This document shows positions 62,000 through 64,000 of a stretch of DNA of 64,000 bases, in pieces (within the stretch, counting starts at the first letter, position 1; every line of letters starts with the position of its first letter). Source of the stretch: Tubulanus polymorphus (taxonomy: Eukaryota > Animalia > Nemertea); NCBI RefSeq assembly GCF_964204645.1, contig NC_134031.1, positions 10,230,001-10,294,000 of the forward strand. Reading direction: 5' to 3'. The notes beneath the pieces are model-generated. The model was not told the DNA's origin. It ran no database searches and was given only the letters and a program-made list of their open reading frames with translations. Both the position numbers and the translations under genes were made by a program.

Positions 62000-63839
62000 A
62001 ATAACACATGTGATTAACATCAGTTATTCCAATCTGCAACACGTGTGATTGTACATGTGATCACTTCGGATATGAACCATTCCAATGTTGGTTTCAATTT
62101 CTGAACATCTGCATTTTTTTCATAGAGTCCATTTTGGAATAAAAATATTTCCATAACTGTACTCATTATTTCACATTTTCAACACGTTCGTGATTAAATC
62201 ACACATGTGATTGGCTCAACAACACAGATCACATTTTCAACACGTTCGTGATTAGATTTTATGCCGCGCCTACTGTGCAAAAACCTAGTATCTCCATTTC
62301 TAGTTTGTATTTTCTTTCGGCTAAATAAATAAAATAAGATTATTATATGTTTTTGCATTTGCTGTTGAGTTTAAAAAAAAATATATTTATTCAAAAAAGA
62401 CTTCGAAAAATTATCAGGTATTTACGGGTTCGAACCGTTCACAACGGCTAGCAAAGGACTGGGAATGAGCAAGCAGGCATGCACGGCGCCATTTGCAATT
62501 ATTTTGAGGATGTTTTTGCTGTTTTAAGTCAATTTTCATGGTTAATTTCTAAGTTCCAACAGTCTGGTGTTTGAATTCAAGCTCCAAGGCAAGTATTATT
62601 GTGTTTCATCAAATATTTATAGGCGACAATGATGATTGAATTTACGTAATCGGTAAAATCTGAGGCGTGTGCTGAATCAATTAAATCAAATTCATCCAAA
62701 CTTTATTTGATGCATGGCAAAGTACAACATGTCCATGCCTAGCTTTTTCAAGTAGGCATAGATTACACCATGAACTCTTTTTAAATCACAATCTGTCCAG
62801 TCATGAAAAAGACGCTTGTTTGCATACTATACAAATAATTCCTTACCGTTGAACTGAATGATCAGCCGGTATTGAACACTATTTGCCAATTCTTTCTAGG
62901 ACTACATATGAATTAATCACTTACAAATGAAAATAGAATTTTCCATTATTAATTCAGGGAGTGAGTACATACATTTCCTTGAGTAGTGATTTATGTACCG
63001 GGTATATGAAAAATGAAATGTATGCTTTCAGCCGGAAAAAATTACTGAAAAAGAGGTCAAGAGTCCTGTTATGATAGGTGTGACCAGATGATTGATATTA
63101 GGGATATTGATTTATTGGTTTATTGTTTGGAATTGTGTGCAATATTAAAAGGTTTTATAAATTTGTCTCATTCCAGATCAATGTTTTGAAGTATAGATGG
63201 GGGTTACCGCGGTCGAAATTAGAAAGAAGATTGGACAAAACCTGAAACAGCATAAATCGACGAAGTAAATCTGTAAATATTTGAAAATAAAATTCCCATT
63301 CACATGTACACAAGTGAGTTATTACATTTGGTTGGTAATTTTGAAACTACATTTCGTTTTGCCATTATGTGGATCTCCTTTCAGGCAATGGGTTTTTAGG
63401 AAATTGTGAAGTTTGGATAAAACATCATGTACAGAGAAAGAAGTGGTCAAATATTGACCATTATGAATGTGCATTTATACTTCTTCGTGAATAGTCGTGT
63501 GGAGCTGGAACAATGACTGCGGATCACATGCGTTATAAATCACACATGACTGTGTTATATGACATGTGTGATTCACATTCAGGGCTGTATCAAACGTGTG
63601 ATTCACATGTGTAAAAATGGGACAAAATCACATGTGTCATTTAGAAAATCACACGTGTGATACAGCTTGAATGTGAATCACATGTGTAAAAATGGGACAA
63701 AATCACACGTGTGATTCACATACAGGGTTGTATCACACATGTGATCTTTTAAATCACACGTGTGATAATGTCCCATTTTTACACATGTAAATCATACATG
63801 TTTTTAAAAAAAATCACATGTGTGATTTTTTTGTAAGGG
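62000..63839. mobile_element. Remnant with CACATGTG/CACACGTG subterminal repeats (EnSpm/CACTA-like); left end uncertain
   Basis: Dense CACATGTG clusters at 62000-62255 and 63520-63830; candidate terminus TTGTAAGGG at 63839. Confidence 0.4.
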
Positions 63840-64000
63840 AATGTAATATGGAAATACTAAGTTATTCTACTATACGATGCCCCCTGGTGACCATATGCAA
63901 AACCCATTGATCTTGAAACTCACCAAAATCATAGAACATGTCATGAGCTACTACTTTGCAATTGATCATGATAACAAAAATATGCCTAGGTACCAATATA
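63840..64000 (+). repeat. Further unit of the ~153-bp repeat family
   Basis: GGAAATACTAAGTTATTCTACTAT...GCCCCCTGGTGACCATATGCAAAACCC. Confidence 0.85.

Noticed and set aside
62940-63500. Possible host exons
   Set aside because: Acceptor-like sites are present, but the frames contain stops and no product could be assigned.

Overview
Eukaryotic (most likely marine invertebrate) repeat-dense region made almost entirely of mobile DNA; no ordinary host gene is recognisable. (1) 1-~8734: an IS3EU-like DDE transposon bounded by inverted arrays of a 144-bp palindrome-rich unit. It carries a 9-exon transposase and a convergent, intact 3-exon SAM-HECT E3 ligase gene. (2) ~11315-40985: a decayed Polinton/Maverick (adintovirus-like) element A. 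A second, terminus-to-terminus Polinton B (16671-33256; identical 68-bp TIRs; 6-bp TSD GAAATG) has inserted into its pPolB gene. B's pPolB carries a LAGLIDADG-type intein remnant at the motif-C (YxD/TD) site, whereas A's pPolB is intein-less. B also encodes a poxvirus/NCLDV VLTF3-like protein. About 20 Polinton genes start at the poxvirus late initiator TAAATG, and a 29-bp GC-rich palindrome recurs four times, three of them in-frame inside genes. Together these suggest, by inference, an animal Polinton that runs on a large-DNA-virus transcription system. (3) 41-64 kb: a tRNA-SINE, elements with 9-bp TSDs, a third Polinton fragment, a truncated Gypsy, a DIRS1-type retroelement with ITRs and ICR, Helentron-like satellite-bearing elements and MITEs. 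All calls come from reading motifs by eye; no database search was run.
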